DNA from: Bacteroidota bacterium
GTDB lineage: Bacteria; Bacteroidota; Bacteroidia; Sphingobacteriales; Sphingobacteriaceae
Direction of reading: 5' to 3'
NCBI GenBank assembly: GCA_037032985.1
Contig: JAZBLB010000027.1
Span: 4,295-68,294 of the forward strand
Length of the DNA stretch: 64,000 nucleotides
Shown: positions 8,164 through 19,327 of the stretch, in pieces
Layout: every line of letters begins with the position of its first letter
Position numbering within the stretch: position 1 is the stretch's first letter
Notes under the pieces: generated by a model
Told to the model about the DNA's origin: nothing
The model's input: only the letters and a program-made list of their open reading frames with translations
The model's database searches: none
Position numbers and translations under genes: made by a program

Positions 8164-9408
8164 ATGAGTACTACAACAATTAATTTAATCGACTCTTTCC
8201 AAGAGTTTAAAGATTTCAAAAATATAGATCGCCCTACGGTGATTAGTGTGTTGGAAGAGGTTTTTAGAAGTATGTTGCGTAAAAAATACGGAACAGACGA
8301 AAACTGTGATGTGATTGTAAACCCTGATAACGGGGATTTAGAGATCTGGAGAACCAGAAAAGTAATGGAGGATGGTTTCTCTGAAGATGATGATTTAGAA
8401 ATTGAGTTAGCCGAAGTTTCTAAATTAGACAATACATTAGAAGTTGGAGACGATTATATTGAACAAATTACTTTAGAGAGTTTTGGTCGCAGAGCGATTT
8501 TAGCTGCACGCCAAACATTGGTTTCTAAAGTCTTGGAATTAGAGAAAGATGAAATTTTCAAGAAATATAAAGATCGCGTAGGTGAGATTATCACCGGCGA
8601 GGTTTATCAGGTTTGGAAAAAAGAAACTTTAGTTTTAGATGATGAGGGCAATGAGCTTTTAATGCCTAAAACAGAGCAAATTCCTGCAGATTATTTCAAA
8701 AAAGGCGATTCTGTGAGAGCAGTAATTTCTAAAGTTGAAATGATCAATGCAAACCCAAAAATTATTATCTCCAGAACAGCGCCTGAGTTTTTACAACGCT
8801 TGTTCGAATTGGAAGTTCCGGAAATTTTCGACGGTTTAATTACGGTTAAGAAAATTGTTCGTGAGCCAGGAGAACGTGCAAAAGTTGCTGTAGAATCTTA
8901 CGATGACCGTATTGATCCGGTAGGCGCTTGTGTTGGAATGAAAGGATCTCGTATCCACGGGATCGTTCGCGAATTGAAAAACGAAAATATTGATGTGATT
9001 AATTTCACAAATAATATCTCATTATATATCACACGTGCTTTGAGCCCGGCGAAAATCACATCTATTAAATTGGATGATGAAACCAAACATGCATCGGTTT
9101 ATTTAAAACCAGATCAGGTTTCATTAGCAATTGGACGTGGTGGACATAATATAAAACTAGCTGGTAAGTTAACTGGTTATGAAATTGATGTTTACCGTGA
9201 AGCTGGAGAAGAAAGTGATGAAGATGTGGATTTGGAAGAATTCTCAGATGAGATTGATAGCTGGATTATTGATGAATTAAAGGCTATCGGGTGCGATACT
9301 GCTAAGAGTGTTTTGGCACTTACAGTAGAAGATTTGGTAAAACGCACAGACTTAGAAGAAGAAACCATTAAAGAAGTGGTTCAGATTTTACAGTCAGAAT
9401 TTGAATAA
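8164..9408 (+). CDS. nusA: transcription termination/antitermination factor NusA
   Basis: S1 and KH domains; REPGERAKVAV, DPVGACVGMKGSRI, SLAIGRGGHNIKLAGKLTG. Confidence 0.98.
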   Translation: MSTTTINLIDSFQEFKDFKNIDRPTVISVLEEVFRSMLRKKYGTDENCDVIVNPDNGDLEIWRTRKVMEDGFSEDDDLEIELAEVSKLDNTLEVGDDYIEQITLESFGRRAILAARQTLVSKVLELEKDEIFKKYKDRVGEIITGEVYQVWKKETLVLDDEGNELLMPKTEQIPADYFKKGDSVRAVISKVEMINANPKIIISRTAPEFLQRLFELEVPEIFDGLITVKKIVREPGERAKVAVESYDDRIDPVGACVGMKGSRIHGIVRELKNENIDVINFTNNISLYITRALSPAKITSIKLDDETKHASVYLKPDQVSLAIGRGGHNIKLAGKLTGYEIDVYREAGEESDEDVDLEEFSDEIDSWIIDELKAIGCDTAKSVLALTVEDLVKRTDLEEETIKEVVQILQSEFE

Positions 9409-9468
9409 GTGGTGTAATTGCCAAATAAACACTACTTTTGTATTATATTAAAAAATAACAGGAGCTAA

Positions 9469-12400
9469 ATGTCAGACGACAAACCAATCATTTTAATTAA
9501 AGCTATTAAGGAACTTAATATAGGCATGGGTACGGCCGTTGAGTTTTTAAACAAAAAGGGCTTCTCTGCCGAGAAGAGTCCGATGTTTAAACTTACGGGA
9601 GACATGTATAGTGCCTTATTGAAAGAGTATCAGGGAGATAAGATCGTAAGAGAAGAAGCCAAGCAAATAGTGATTGGTAAGATACGTCGTGACGAGCCTG
9701 AGACTGAAAAGCCAGTAGAAGCACCGAAGAAGAATACCGATTTCGAGAAAAATGAAGAGGTTCTGATTAAGAATACTCAAACATCAACTCCTCCGGTAGA
9801 AAAACCTAAGGCAGTTGAAACCCCTAAGGTAGAAACTCCGGCACCTACTCCTGCGGCAGCAGCGCCAGTAGTACCTGCTAAGGCAGAAGATAAAGCGGAA
9901 GAAAGCGGATTGCCAGGCGTCAAGATTGTAGGTAAGATAGATTTAAATGATCTTAACTCCAAAACTAGGCCTGCCAAAAAAGAGGAAGCTCCGGCTACTC
10001 CAGCACCTACGCCTGCTCCAGCAGCAAATAAACCAGAGCCAGTGAAACCTGTAGAACAACCAAAGACTGAAGAAAAACCAGTAGAGGTTAAGAAAGAGGA
10101 AACTCCAGCTGCTCCGGCACCTACGCCTGCTCCAGTAGCAAAAGCACCAGAGCCAGTAAAGCCTGTGGAACAACCAAAAGCTGAAGAAAAACCAGCAGAG
10201 GCCAAACCTGCAGAAGTAAAACCGGCAACTAACGAGCCCGAAGTAATTAAAGCCCGTACAGTTAAATTAACTGGTCCGAATATTATTGGTAAAATTGTTT
10301 TACCAACTACACCGGATAGAAGAAATGGTCCTGTAGCATCCTCTAGTGATAGTGAAGCTGCCAAACGCAAGCGTAAACGTAAAAAAACTCCAGGAGCGCC
10401 GGGTCAACCAGGTCAACATGGTGGTCAAGGTCAGCAAGGACAAAATACTGGAGGTCCTGGTCAGCCGGGTGCATCAGGTACGCCACGTACTCCTTACCAA
10501 GGCAATAGACCGGGCGGTGGTACGCCATACCAAGGTAACCGCCCTGCTGGACAAGGTGGTACTCCCTACCAGGGAAATAGAAATAACAACAGACCAGGTT
10601 TCCAAAATAGAAATGCTACTCCAAGCGGACCTAAAGAAGAGCCTACTGAGAAAGAAATTCAAGATCAGATCAAAGCAACACTTGCTCGTTTGAGTGGTGC
10701 AGGGAAGTCTGGTAAATTTGCACAGCGTGCTAAATTGCGTCGTCAAAAACGTGATGATGTGGCTTATAATGCGGAAGAAGCCGCAAATGAACTTGAATCG
10801 CAATCCAGAATATTGAAGGTAACCGAATTCGTTACTGCTAATGAGTTAGCAAGCATGATGGATGTACAAGTAACCAAAATTATTGGTACATGTATGAGTC
10901 TAGGCATGTTTGTTTCCATTAATCAGCGTTTAGATGCCGAAACCTTAACCATTGTTGCGGATGAGTTTGGATACGAAATTCAATTCGTGAAACCAGATGA
11001 GGACGAAGAAAATGTAATTGAGGAAGAGGATAAAGAAGAAGATTTGATCGAAAGAGCTCCGGTCGTTACGATTATGGGACACGTCGATCACGGTAAAACT
11101 TCATTGCTGGATTATATCCGTAAAGCAAATGTAGTTGCCGGTGAGGCAGGTGGTATTACACAGCACATTGGTGCTTACATGGTAACTACACCGACAGGAA
11201 AAAAAGTAACCTTCTTAGATACACCTGGTCACGAGGCCTTTACGGCAATGCGTGCACGTGGAGCGAAAGTTGCCGATATCGCTATTATTGTTATTGCAGC
11301 GGATGATGCAGTGATGCCTCAAACAAAAGAAGCAATTAATCACGCCCAGGCAGCAGGTGTGCCATTGGTATTCGCTTTCACAAAAGTGGATAAACCAGGT
11401 GCTAATGCAGATAAGGTACGTGAGCAATTATCAGTAATGAATATTTTGGTTGAAGATTGGGGGGGTAAATATCAATCACAAGAAATCTCCAGCAAAAGCG
11501 GCTTAAACGTAGATTTACTTTTAGATAAAGTTTTATTGGAAGCAGAGTTATTGGAACTTAAAGCCAATCCAAATAAAAGAGCAACAGGTTCTGTAATTGA
11601 ATCTGCATTAGATAAAGGTCGTGGTATTGTGACAACGGTATTGGTTCAGGCCGGTACGTTGAGAGTTGGAGATCCCATTTTGGCAGGTAGTTTTAGTGGA
11701 CGTGTTAAAGCGTTAACTAACGAACGTGGTGCTAAAGTAGACTCAGCAGGTCCATCACAGCCCGTACAGGTTCTAGGTATGCAGGGTGCTCCTACAGCAG
11801 GTGACCGTTTCAATGCACTTGAAAGTGAAACCGAAGCACGTGATATCGCCAATAAACGGATGCAACTACAACGCGAGCAAGGTTTACGTACACAGAAACA
11901 CATTACCCTTGATGAGATCGGTCGTCGTTTGGCTATCGGTAACTTTAAAGAACTTAACATTATTGTTAAAGGTGATGTGGATGGTTCAATTGAAGCATTA
12001 GCCGATTCATTACTGAAACTTTCAACAGAACAAATCCAGATTAATGTTATCAGCAAAGGCGTTGGACAGATTTCAGAGTCTGATGTATTGTTAGCATCTG
12101 CATCTGATGCGATTATCATCGGCTTCCAGGTACGTCCATCAACAGGTGCACGTAAATTAGCTGAAGCAGAACAAATCGATATTCGTTTATATTCTATCAT
12201 CTACGATGCAATCAATGAGATTAAATCAGCGATGGAAGGTATGTTGGATCCAGAATTTGAAGAGAAAATTGTGGCTAACGTTGAAATTCGCGAGACTTTC
12301 AAAATCACCAAAGTTGGTACCATCGCAGGTTGTATGGTATTAGATGGTAAGATTACCCGTAATAGCAAAATCAGAATCGTTAGAGATGGGGTTGTGGTTT

Positions 12401-12558
12401 ACACAGGTGAATTAGCTTCACTGAAACGCTTTAAAGATGATGTGAAAGAAGTATTAAAGGGTTACGAATGTGGTCTGAATATCCAGAACTTTAACAACAT
12501 TGAGGTAGGTGATATCGTTGAAGCTTACGAACAAGTAGAGGTTGCAAGGAAATTGTAA
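9469..12558 (+). CDS. infB: translation initiation factor IF-2
   Basis: [48 protein letters not shown]; long low-complexity N-terminal region. Confidence 0.99.
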   Translation: MSDDKPIILIKAIKELNIGMGTAVEFLNKKGFSAEKSPMFKLTGDMYSALLKEYQGDKIVREEAKQIVIGKIRRDEPETEKPVEAPKKNTDFEKNEEVLIKNTQTSTPPVEKPKAVETPKVETPAPTPAAAAPVVPAKAEDKAEESGLPGVKIVGKIDLNDLNSKTRPAKKEEAPATPAPTPAPAANKPEPVKPVEQPKTEEKPVEVKKEETPAAPAPTPAPVAKAPEPVKPVEQPKAEEKPAEAKPAEVKPATNEPEVIKARTVKLTGPNIIGKIVLPTTPDRRNGPVASSSDSEAAKRKRKRKKTPGAPGQPGQHGGQGQQGQNTGGPGQPGASGTPRTPYQGNRPGGGTPYQGNRPAGQGGTPYQGNRNNNRPGFQNRNATPSGPKEEPTEKEIQDQIKATLARLSGAGKSGKFAQRAKLRRQKRDDVAYNAEEAANELESQSRILKVTEFVTANELASMMDVQVTKIIGTCMSLGMFVSINQRLDAETLTIVADEFGYEIQFVKPDEDEENVIEEEDKEEDLIERAPVVTIMGHVDHGKTSLLDYIRKANVVAGEAGGITQHIGAYMVTTPTGKKVTFLDTPGHEAFTAMRARGAKVADIAIIVIAADDAVMPQTKEAINHAQAAGVPLVFAFTKVDKPGANADKVREQLSVMNILVEDWGGKYQSQEISSKSGLNVDLLLDKVLLEAELLELKANPNKRATGSVIESALDKGRGIVTTVLVQAGTLRVGDPILAGSFSGRVKALTNERGAKVDSAGPSQPVQVLGMQGAPTAGDRFNALESETEARDIANKRMQLQREQGLRTQKHITLDEIGRRLAIGNFKELNIIVKGDVDGSIEALADSLLKLSTEQIQINVISKGVGQISESDVLLASASDAIIIGFQVRPSTGARKLAEAEQIDIRLYSIIYDAINEIKSAMEGMLDPEFEEKIVANVEIRETFKITKVGTIAGCMVLDGKITRNSKIRIVRDGVVVYTGELASLKRFKDDVKEVLKGYECGLNIQNFNNIEVGDIVEAYEQVEVARKL
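9976..10203 (+). repeat. 114-bp (38-aa) imperfect tandem duplication inside infB
   Basis: [38 protein letters not shown] / [38 protein letters not shown]. Confidence 0.85.
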
Positions 12559-12582
12559 GATTAGCAATTAAATAAAATACCG

Positions 12583-12612
12583 GGGGCATCAATGATATTG
12601 ATGCCCTTTTTG
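12583..12612 (+). terminator. intrinsic terminator of the infB operon
   Basis: GGGCATCAAT-GAT-ATTGATGCCC followed by T6. Confidence 0.85.
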
Positions 12613-12730
12613 TTGTATTGGGATTATTTCGTGTTTATTAAATTTTGAATGTAGAAGGATTTGATGAATGGATGTTTCGTATAACTCTGCGATGCCAATT
12701 CTTGTGCAGTGTTATCTCCCGATTACAATT

Positions 12731-13065
12731 ATGAAAACAAAGTATTTTTTTTACCAAATTATTTAGTTTTCATTAGTCTAAAATCTAAAGCATCAGTAAG
12801 TCTGAGAAGTTTTACTGCGTCGAACAGCTTCGACGATAAAATATATTCACCTGACGGCATTAGTCTTACTGCAAGTTTTGACTATGTTAGAGCAGGTGAT
12901 GGATTTCTGATTACTGTTGAACTAATTTATGTTAAATCTAATATAGAAACTATTATAAGTACTGCCACGATTAGTAAATCTAGCTAGGGAACAGAAACCA
13001 TCAGGTCTTTTTCCATTCAAGGAACGCTAACCCCAACACAAACGAAAGGAAGTGTTTTTTAAAGT
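12731..13065 (+). pseudogene. probable frameshifted small exported-protein gene
   Basis: The ATG at 12731 frame stops after 11 codons. One extra T in the T8 run (12745-12752) would join it to the 12709..12987 ORF, giving the signal-peptide-like MKTKYFFLPNYLVFISLKSKA. A protein-like frame continues past the TAG at 12985. Confidence 0.4.
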
Positions 13066-13108
13066 ATACTATCTATGTTGGTTTAAGTAATGGTACTTAT
13101 CGTTCTGG

Positions 13109-14188
13109 TTAACGTCCTATCAACCATCTGGCCTTTGGTACCTTGTTAATCATTGAAACGATGAGGATTGAACCAGTATAGACAATAATGAATGTGGTTA
13201 ATTGAATACTTAATACATAATAGGCTGATTTATTTTCAAGGACTATGTGTAGTGGTCTAAAAATCAAAGGCATTAATCTAAAAACTAAAATTTGATGTAC
13301 AAGATATATCCCAAAAGTTAAGATGCTGGGGTTAAAGCGGTTGATTTGGATTTTAGAGCCAAGTTTATATAGAAAAACAAAGCTCAGTAAAGAATAAATT
13401 ATATTGGTTATCCTTAAAGTGTTAAAAGGATCGGTAGGTAACAGCTTAAGTAGGTAATAGCTTTCCAAACTTGCCATAGAAAAGAAGAAAATTAGTAATA
13501 TAAAAATCAAAGGAAATGAAACCTTTTCTACTATTGATTTAAACAGATCATAGTATTTATTAATCTGCACACCTAACCATAAATAAAATATAAATCCAAA
13601 CAATGCTGTCGTATGCGAAGTAGGAATAACATCAATATAAAGGTTAACAGAGTAAAGAAGTGACAATAATAAAAGTACAACGCCTAGTTTTATAGAATAT
13701 AAGTATTTCCTAAAAAGTAAAAGAATTGCTATGCAGAGTAGAAAATTCGGGATGAACCAATAACTGGTATTAAAAACAATATTTCCAAAGTCTGATATAA
13801 TTGTTTTAATGGTTATATTCAATAAGATATTATCCCCAGATTTAATATTCTTAACAAGAATATCCAGATAAGTTGTTAACAGAAGTATTATAACCCAAAA
13901 TAACCAAGGCTTTAATGTATTTTGTGCTCTCCGCTTAAGATATTCTTTTGTACTGTATTTTGTGAATCTATCACCTATCAAAAAACCTGCTAACAAGAAA
14001 AATATAATTGTTCCAAACTTGAATACTTGTAGGCTTAAAATTTGAACTATTTTTTCAGTTAACGTATTAAATTTAGCGACAAAAAAGAAAGAACTGTGTT
14101 CCATTACAATTCCTATCATTGAGATGAAGCGTAAAGAATCTATGAAGGTGTAATTTATTTTCGGGGTATGTATATTGGAATTGCTCAA
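13109..14188 (-). CDS. acyltransferase family 3 (polysaccharide O-acyltransferase)
   Basis: 'IDSLRFISMIGIVMEHS', 'FFLLAGFL', 'YWFIP', 'FGIYLVH'; about 10 TM segments. Confidence 0.85.
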   Translation of the reverse strand: MSNSNIHTPKINYTFIDSLRFISMIGIVMEHSSFFFVAKFNTLTEKIVQILSLQVFKFGTIIFFLLAGFLIGDRFTKYSTKEYLKRRAQNTLKPWLFWVIILLLTTYLDILVKNIKSGDNILLNITIKTIISDFGNIVFNTSYWFIPNFLLCIAILLLFRKYLYSIKLGVVLLLLSLLYSVNLYIDVIPTSHTTALFGFIFYLWLGVQINKYYDLFKSIVEKVSFPLIFILLIFFFSMASLESYYLLKLLPTDPFNTLRITNIIYSLLSFVFLYKLGSKIQINRFNPSILTFGIYLVHQILVFRLMPLIFRPLHIVLENKSAYYVLSIQLTTFIIVYTGSILIVSMINKVPKARWLIGR

Positions 14189-14190
14189 TT

Positions 14191-15198
14191 TTATTTTTTA
14201 TTAAATACATTTTTAACTGCATCATCGAAGTTTTCTTTTTCATCCATGATTTTTTCTCTATAACTACGGAATAGCTTAATTTTCTCATCAAAATTATTTA
14301 ACGTAAGTATAATTTGATTGACAACAGTTTCAGGCTGGTCTTTGGTTTCATCAAACTTAAACCCCACTGGTAACGGCACATCATCTTGAAATGCTGCTGA
14401 TCCTTGACTCCCGGTAATAACACAGCAAGACATCAATATAGCTTCTCGCGGCATTCTTTCCTGACCAGGGTGGTATCCAAAGTCAATATAAAGTTTGCTT
14501 TTGTTCATCCAATGTGCAACTTCCTCTGAAGAAATGTCAATAAGGGCTTTCCAGTGTAGATTTGGGCTTAACTCCTTAATCCGTTTTAGAAATTCGCCAT
14601 TCTTCTTAGGATTATATAACAAAATATCCTCTTTAGTTGGTTGATTGACTATTTTTTCATAAAATGAATCGCTCATATAGTCTGAAATTTTACCAACGAT
14701 GTCCATTTTATTGTTTTTCAAAAAATTAAGAGAAAAAAATGAATGAGCTAGATTTGAAACCTTTTTTCTTTTTAAAGCTGAAAGTGTAGGTAAAGGACTA
14801 TATCTTTTAGGATTAAAAAACGACTTAATACTATAAAATTTCTTGTGTTTTACTCGCTGTTTTGCTTGGTCGAGAATAATGTGATAATTAGTTACACTTA
14901 ACCACCAAATGATTTTCTTCGTTTCCGAAAATTCAGATTTGAATATCGGATCTAAATAGGTCTCTGGAAGAATCAGAAAGTTGTTTTTATTATTTATTAT
15001 CTTAACAGTAGATGGAACATCATATTTTACGTAATTTTCGTGAACAGGATTTACGTCTTTGGTAAAAATATAATGCATAAAGACATTGTGACCTAAGTTG
15101 TGGAGCCTATGTCCAAGTTGATGAAGCGCTTCTGGTCCTCCTGTTGCAAAATTTGCCGGGCAAAAGATATAAAGTATGGAATCGGAATTAATCTGCAT
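14191..15198 (-). CDS. GT-B-like putative glycosyltransferase
   Basis: 'TGGPEALHQL', 'LPE', 'KIIWWLSV', 'LYIDFGYHPGQERMPREA'; lies within the glycan locus. Confidence 0.6.
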   Translation of the reverse strand: MQINSDSILYIFCPANFATGGPEALHQLGHRLHNLGHNVFMHYIFTKDVNPVHENYVKYDVPSTVKIINNKNNFLILPETYLDPIFKSEFSETKKIIWWLSVTNYHIILDQAKQRVKHKKFYSIKSFFNPKRYSPLPTLSALKRKKVSNLAHSFFSLNFLKNNKMDIVGKISDYMSDSFYEKIVNQPTKEDILLYNPKKNGEFLKRIKELSPNLHWKALIDISSEEVAHWMNKSKLYIDFGYHPGQERMPREAILMSCCVITGSQGSAAFQDDVPLPVGFKFDETKDQPETVVNQIILTLNNFDEKIKLFRSYREKIMDEKENFDDAVKNVFNKK

Positions 15199-15445
15199 GA
15201 AAGTTCTATGTATAAATCAATATCAAAATTAATCAATTATGTAAGTTTCAAAAGATAATTCTTTGAAAGTCTATCACCATGATATTCATCACCTTTATGA
15301 TAATTCTGTACGATGAGTATTAGTCAGTTGGCGATGAAGAAAAGCTCACATTGACCGTGCTTTGCTTTATTAGCTAAGTCTTATAAATTCATAGCTAATT
15401 TGATTTTCCAAGTTAGTACAGATTTTTATTTTAATTTTGAGTAAG

Positions 15446-16315
15446 ATGATATCAATAATTATAGCTTCCGTAAATAAAAATCAGCTTAGTGATCTTAAAG
15501 AGAATATTGCCACAACGATAGGAACGGAACATGAAATTATCAGCTTTGACAATGCTGATGGAAAACGTGGATTATGTGAAATTTACAATGAAGGGGCACG
15601 GCGGGCCAAATACAAGCTACTTTGTTATATGCATGAGGATATCAGTATTAAAACTAAAGATTGGGGTATAATTGTTCAAGGTGTATTTAATGAAGATCAG
15701 AAAATTGGATTAATTGGTATAGCCGGAAACAGTTATAAAACCAAAGTTCCGTCAGGATGGTTTTGTAGTGCAGGTGAAAGAAAAATCAATTATATTAATA
15801 TTCTTCAACGCTATAAATTTAATGAAGAAAAAACGAAACACATTTCTCAAAACGTAAGAAATGAAAAATACTCAAGCGTAGTTGTTGTAGATGGAGTTTG
15901 GTTTTGTACCAAAAAAGAAATCGTTGAGATTAATAATTTTGATGAAGAAACCTTTAAAGAGTTTCATTGTTATGATCTGGATTTTTCACTTCAAGTACAA
16001 AAAACGCATCGTGTTGTTGTAACTTTTCAAGTATTATTAGAACACTTCTCCGAAGGAAATTATTCTAGAGCTTGGGTAGAGGAAACATTAAAGTTACATG
16101 AAAAATGGGCGTCAGATTTACCCATAGATCTAGAGGGGTTATCAAAAAAAGAACTTTTTTTTGCCGAAAAATATGCGTTCAAATTCTTTTTAAGGCAGAT
16201 GAAAATATCTGGATATAAGAAGCTGGAAATAGCTAGGATATTTTGGAGAAGCAAACTAAAAAGCAGCACCTTTTCTCTATTTTTAATGATAAATAAAGAA
16301 ATTTGGCGCAGTTAA
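15446..16315 (+). CDS. GT-A glycosyltransferase-like protein (Glyco_tranf_2_5 type)
   Basis: 'ISIIIAS', 'IYNEG', 'YMHEDI', 'VVVDGVWF', 'FHCYDLDFSL'. It is the only plus-strand gene in the island. Confidence 0.75.
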   Translation: MISIIIASVNKNQLSDLKENIATTIGTEHEIISFDNADGKRGLCEIYNEGARRAKYKLLCYMHEDISIKTKDWGIIVQGVFNEDQKIGLIGIAGNSYKTKVPSGWFCSAGERKINYINILQRYKFNEEKTKHISQNVRNEKYSSVVVVDGVWFCTKKEIVEINNFDEETFKEFHCYDLDFSLQVQKTHRVVVTFQVLLEHFSEGNYSRAWVEETLKLHEKWASDLPIDLEGLSKKELFFAEKYAFKFFLRQMKISGYKKLEIARIFWRSKLKSSTFSLFLMINKEIWRS

Positions 16316-17118
16316 ATGTGATAACCTTGTTCTTCAAAGTAAGGTTTCCAAAAGCGGATGTTTTTATCCCATGCGTGGCAACCAAAAGGCATGTTTCCTT
16401 TTAGTAATGTCATTGCAACTTGTGGAGCGGTTTCAATTGAAAAGTTTAATGCCTCTTTATAGTTAGGAATTTTTATTCTCTTCTTTTTTCGATTCGCTTC
16501 TATGGTCCAAAACATGTCTTCATTATAATCACTGCTGTTCCGCCCCTGGTAACTTTCTACGAGTTCTTTTTCTTTAATACAGATATTATAAAAAGATTTA
16601 ACCTTTCTCAACGAAAAGCCACCATTGCCGACATGGTTGTATAATTGTCGCTCAATATCAGGCCTGCCTTGTTTATCAAGTAGATTAAATTTTCTGTGCA
16701 GGTAAGATCTAACCCTTTCTTTATTTTTTTTAAATAAAGTTGGGAATTCTTGTTCCCTCAGCCATGGAGCACCTATATAATCGTAACCTAGGCTGCACCA
16801 ATAGTCTAATTCATTTTTAAATACGAAAGCATCTAATTGATAGATGAGTAGATAAGTGTAATTTAATAATTTCTCATAAAAGAGTTCCGAAAGCATAAGA
16901 TCGTTGTAACCAAATACGCTCTTAAAATAAAAACTTGGGAAGGATAACTCACTATAAGAAAATCCTATCTGCATATCAGATATTTTTAAATCTTCTGGCT
17001 TGAGTATTACAATATCGTAGTCAGACAATAACTTTCCACATTGAGTCAAAGCAATTTTTTCGTAAATTGAAAGCTCGGACTTATAAATTGGTATCACAAT
17101 TACGCAAGAACTCTTCAT
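16312..17118 (-). CDS. DUF5672-family glycosyltransferase-like protein
   Basis: 'LIYQLDAFVF', 'YDYIGAPW', 'VGNGGFSLR', 'NEDMFW', 'PFGCHAW'. Confidence 0.8.
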   Translation of the reverse strand: MKSSCVIVIPIYKSELSIYEKIALTQCGKLLSDYDIVILKPEDLKISDMQIGFSYSELSFPSFYFKSVFGYNDLMLSELFYEKLLNYTYLLIYQLDAFVFKNELDYWCSLGYDYIGAPWLREQEFPTLFKKNKERVRSYLHRKFNLLDKQGRPDIERQLYNHVGNGGFSLRKVKSFYNICIKEKELVESYQGRNSSDYNEDMFWTIEANRKKKRIKIPNYKEALNFSIETAPQVAMTLLKGNMPFGCHAWDKNIRFWKPYFEEQGYHI

Positions 17119-17119
17119 C

Positions 17120-17944
17120 TTAGTTTCGATTAAATTTTGGCAAAAATAAAAGTATAATATTCATAAAGCCTTTCAAAATCTTGTAGGCTATTGGATACTT
17201 TTTAATATGCATAAATTGTTCTGCCTTTTTAAATTTTATATCTCTTAAATAGTCATAGTCCTTAACAAATTCGGGAAAATATCTATTCAAAGAGGCATCT
17301 CTTTCTTTCTTTATTTCTGGATAATTGTTAGAATTTGACGACATTCCAGTTCCATCATAAGTTACAATTACATTATCTAAATGTCTATATGAAGCTTCCC
17401 GTCTACAAATAGCATAAGTAAAAAACTCCCAGTCGGAGACAATTTTAAAATTTTCACTATACAAAAAAATATCCTTAAACAGCTTTGCCTTAATAAAACT
17501 TGCTTGATGAGAAATGTTTTGTTCATAAAAAAAAGCGAAATTCAATTTTTTAGGGAAAGTGCGAACCTCTTGTTTTATTCCATCAATGTAGAGGATATCT
17601 CCGTAATAAATATCATATTCACCGTTCAATTCTCCTTGTAACTTTTCTAAAATATTATTATCGATTAAAGCGTCTCCACTATTTAAAAACATTAGATAGT
17701 CACCTTTCGAAACCTTAATACCTTTGTTCATTGCGTTATATACACCACTATCCGGTTCCGATACAGAATAGGTCAAAAACGAAGAATATGTATTAAGGAT
17801 GTCTTTACTTCCATCAAAACTATCTCCATCAATAATTATAAATTCAAAATCTTGCCAAGTTTGGCTTACCACGCTCTGCATTGTTTTTTGTAGCCCTGCC
17901 TTATTGTTATAATTGATAGTTATAATTGATAATTTTTTACCCAT
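17120..17944 (-). CDS. glycosyltransferase family 2 (WcaE/WfgS-like)
   Basis: 'SIITINYN', 'IIDGDSFDGS', 'SEPDSGVYNAMNKG', 'FLNSGD'. Confidence 0.9.
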   Translation of the reverse strand: MGKKLSIITINYNNKAGLQKTMQSVVSQTWQDFEFIIIDGDSFDGSKDILNTYSSFLTYSVSEPDSGVYNAMNKGIKVSKGDYLMFLNSGDALIDNNILEKLQGELNGEYDIYYGDILYIDGIKQEVRTFPKKLNFAFFYEQNISHQASFIKAKLFKDIFLYSENFKIVSDWEFFTYAICRREASYRHLDNVIVTYDGTGMSSNSNNYPEIKKERDASLNRYFPEFVKDYDYLRDIKFKKAEQFMHIKKYPIAYKILKGFMNIILLFLPKFNRN

Positions 17945-18149
17945 AATAATAATTTTAAAAAAAATTTACTTTTATCCACTACAATTGGATTCATGTTATT
18001 ACAATAATTTTGGCAGATAAATTCTACACAGGTTATGCTATTCCTGTGCAAATCGACTTCTTTAATTCATATCTCTGTTTAATTATCTTGGAAAAACTTT
18101 TATAATGACGTCAAAGCACATTTGTTATTAAATGCCCTCATTTTAATAA

Positions 18150-19319
18150 TTAAAAAATTGCACCAAAAATCTTGTCAAGTTTTTTATAGCACTCTTTCTT
18201 TTCGTAGTTGAGGTAAAAAGCAGCAGATGCATTTTCTGCTTGTTTTTTGTATTCCGACTTACTTGTCAATAGTTTGATGATATTGTTTCTAAATTCAGCT
18301 GGATCATCACTAACCAAACAACCGTTATTAGTTTTGTTAATCAACCCATCAACACCTCTGGTATTGCAAACTACTGGTAAACCATAAGATAGCGCCTCTA
18401 CTACTTTTATCTTAGTTCCTGTACCAGTGAGCATAGGGCAAAGCGCTACTCTAGCATTTTGATAATAAGTTGATAAATCTTCGGCGAAGTTTACTAAGGT
18501 GATATTAGCGTCCTTTATAGAAAGATGTTCGTTGATCTGTCCAATAATACATATTTTCAGGTTTGTGGGTAATAGAGGATACACCTCATTAAAAAACCAA
18601 TTAGCGGACTTTCGATTATGTATATTATCACTTGCTACATAAATCAGGTCGAACGACCTTTCTTCGATAGCATTAAGATTTTCAGGCTTATCCAGCATCA
18701 TCGGCGCTAAGACAACTCTATTCTTACAAAATTGACTAAAGACATATTGTTCTTCAACAGAAATGGCTAAAGCAATATCAAATAGGGAAATTCTCCTGAT
18801 TTCTTCTCTAAAAGATTGACCTATATCATTCTTTCTTTGATGTTGAGCAGTTATAAAATCATGTGTATCGATTACTTTAATTGCTCTTTTTGTAAAGGGG
18901 TTATTATCTACTAGTGAAGCCCAACTGGCATAGTTGATGAAGATATAATCATAATCCTTAGCTTTTAAAAGTTTGTTGAATGCCTTCTTAAATCTTAAAG
19001 TCACTAGTTCAGGGAATTGAAGTGGAAAGAACCAAGCTCTATTTTGATAAAAAAAGTTAGGTAGCTTATAAAAAAGCAAATAAAAAAGTATATTCTTTTT
19101 GGATGGCTTTTTTTTAATGACATAGGTATTGTTGGCCAGGCCTGCTTGCTCAAATGCTGTGATATCTGTTTCGTCCCAACGCCCGGTGAAATACTCGCTT
19201 ACAAAATCGATTTCGAAGTTTCTCGATCTAAAGTAACTTAACATGCTTAAAGCCCTTGTTCTATTACCTGCATTTTTTTTTAGCGGGTTGTCAGGCATAA
19301 AAAATAGTACTTTCCTCAT
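18150..19319 (-). CDS. glycosyltransferase family 4
   Basis: C-terminal 'CPMLTGTGTKIKVVEALSYGLPVV' (ExxxxGxPV motif). Confidence 0.85.
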   Translation of the reverse strand: MRKVLFFMPDNPLKKNAGNRTRALSMLSYFRSRNFEIDFVSEYFTGRWDETDITAFEQAGLANNTYVIKKKPSKKNILFYLLFYKLPNFFYQNRAWFFPLQFPELVTLRFKKAFNKLLKAKDYDYIFINYASWASLVDNNPFTKRAIKVIDTHDFITAQHQRKNDIGQSFREEIRRISLFDIALAISVEEQYVFSQFCKNRVVLAPMMLDKPENLNAIEERSFDLIYVASDNIHNRKSANWFFNEVYPLLPTNLKICIIGQINEHLSIKDANITLVNFAEDLSTYYQNARVALCPMLTGTGTKIKVVEALSYGLPVVCNTRGVDGLINKTNNGCLVSDDPAEFRNNIIKLLTSKSEYKKQAENASAAFYLNYEKKECYKKLDKIFGAIF

Positions 19320-19327
19320 CTATCTAT

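Noticed and set aside
9460-9468. AGGAG Shine-Dalgarno-like sequence before infB (unusual for Bacteroidota)
   Set aside because: A 5-mer with only a 4-nt spacer is easily chance, and conservation cannot be tested here.
9777-12200. Long antisense and alternate-frame ORFs over infB (e.g. 9777..10370, 11646..12200)
   Set aside because: They are shadow frames produced by the codon bias and low complexity of a highly expressed gene.
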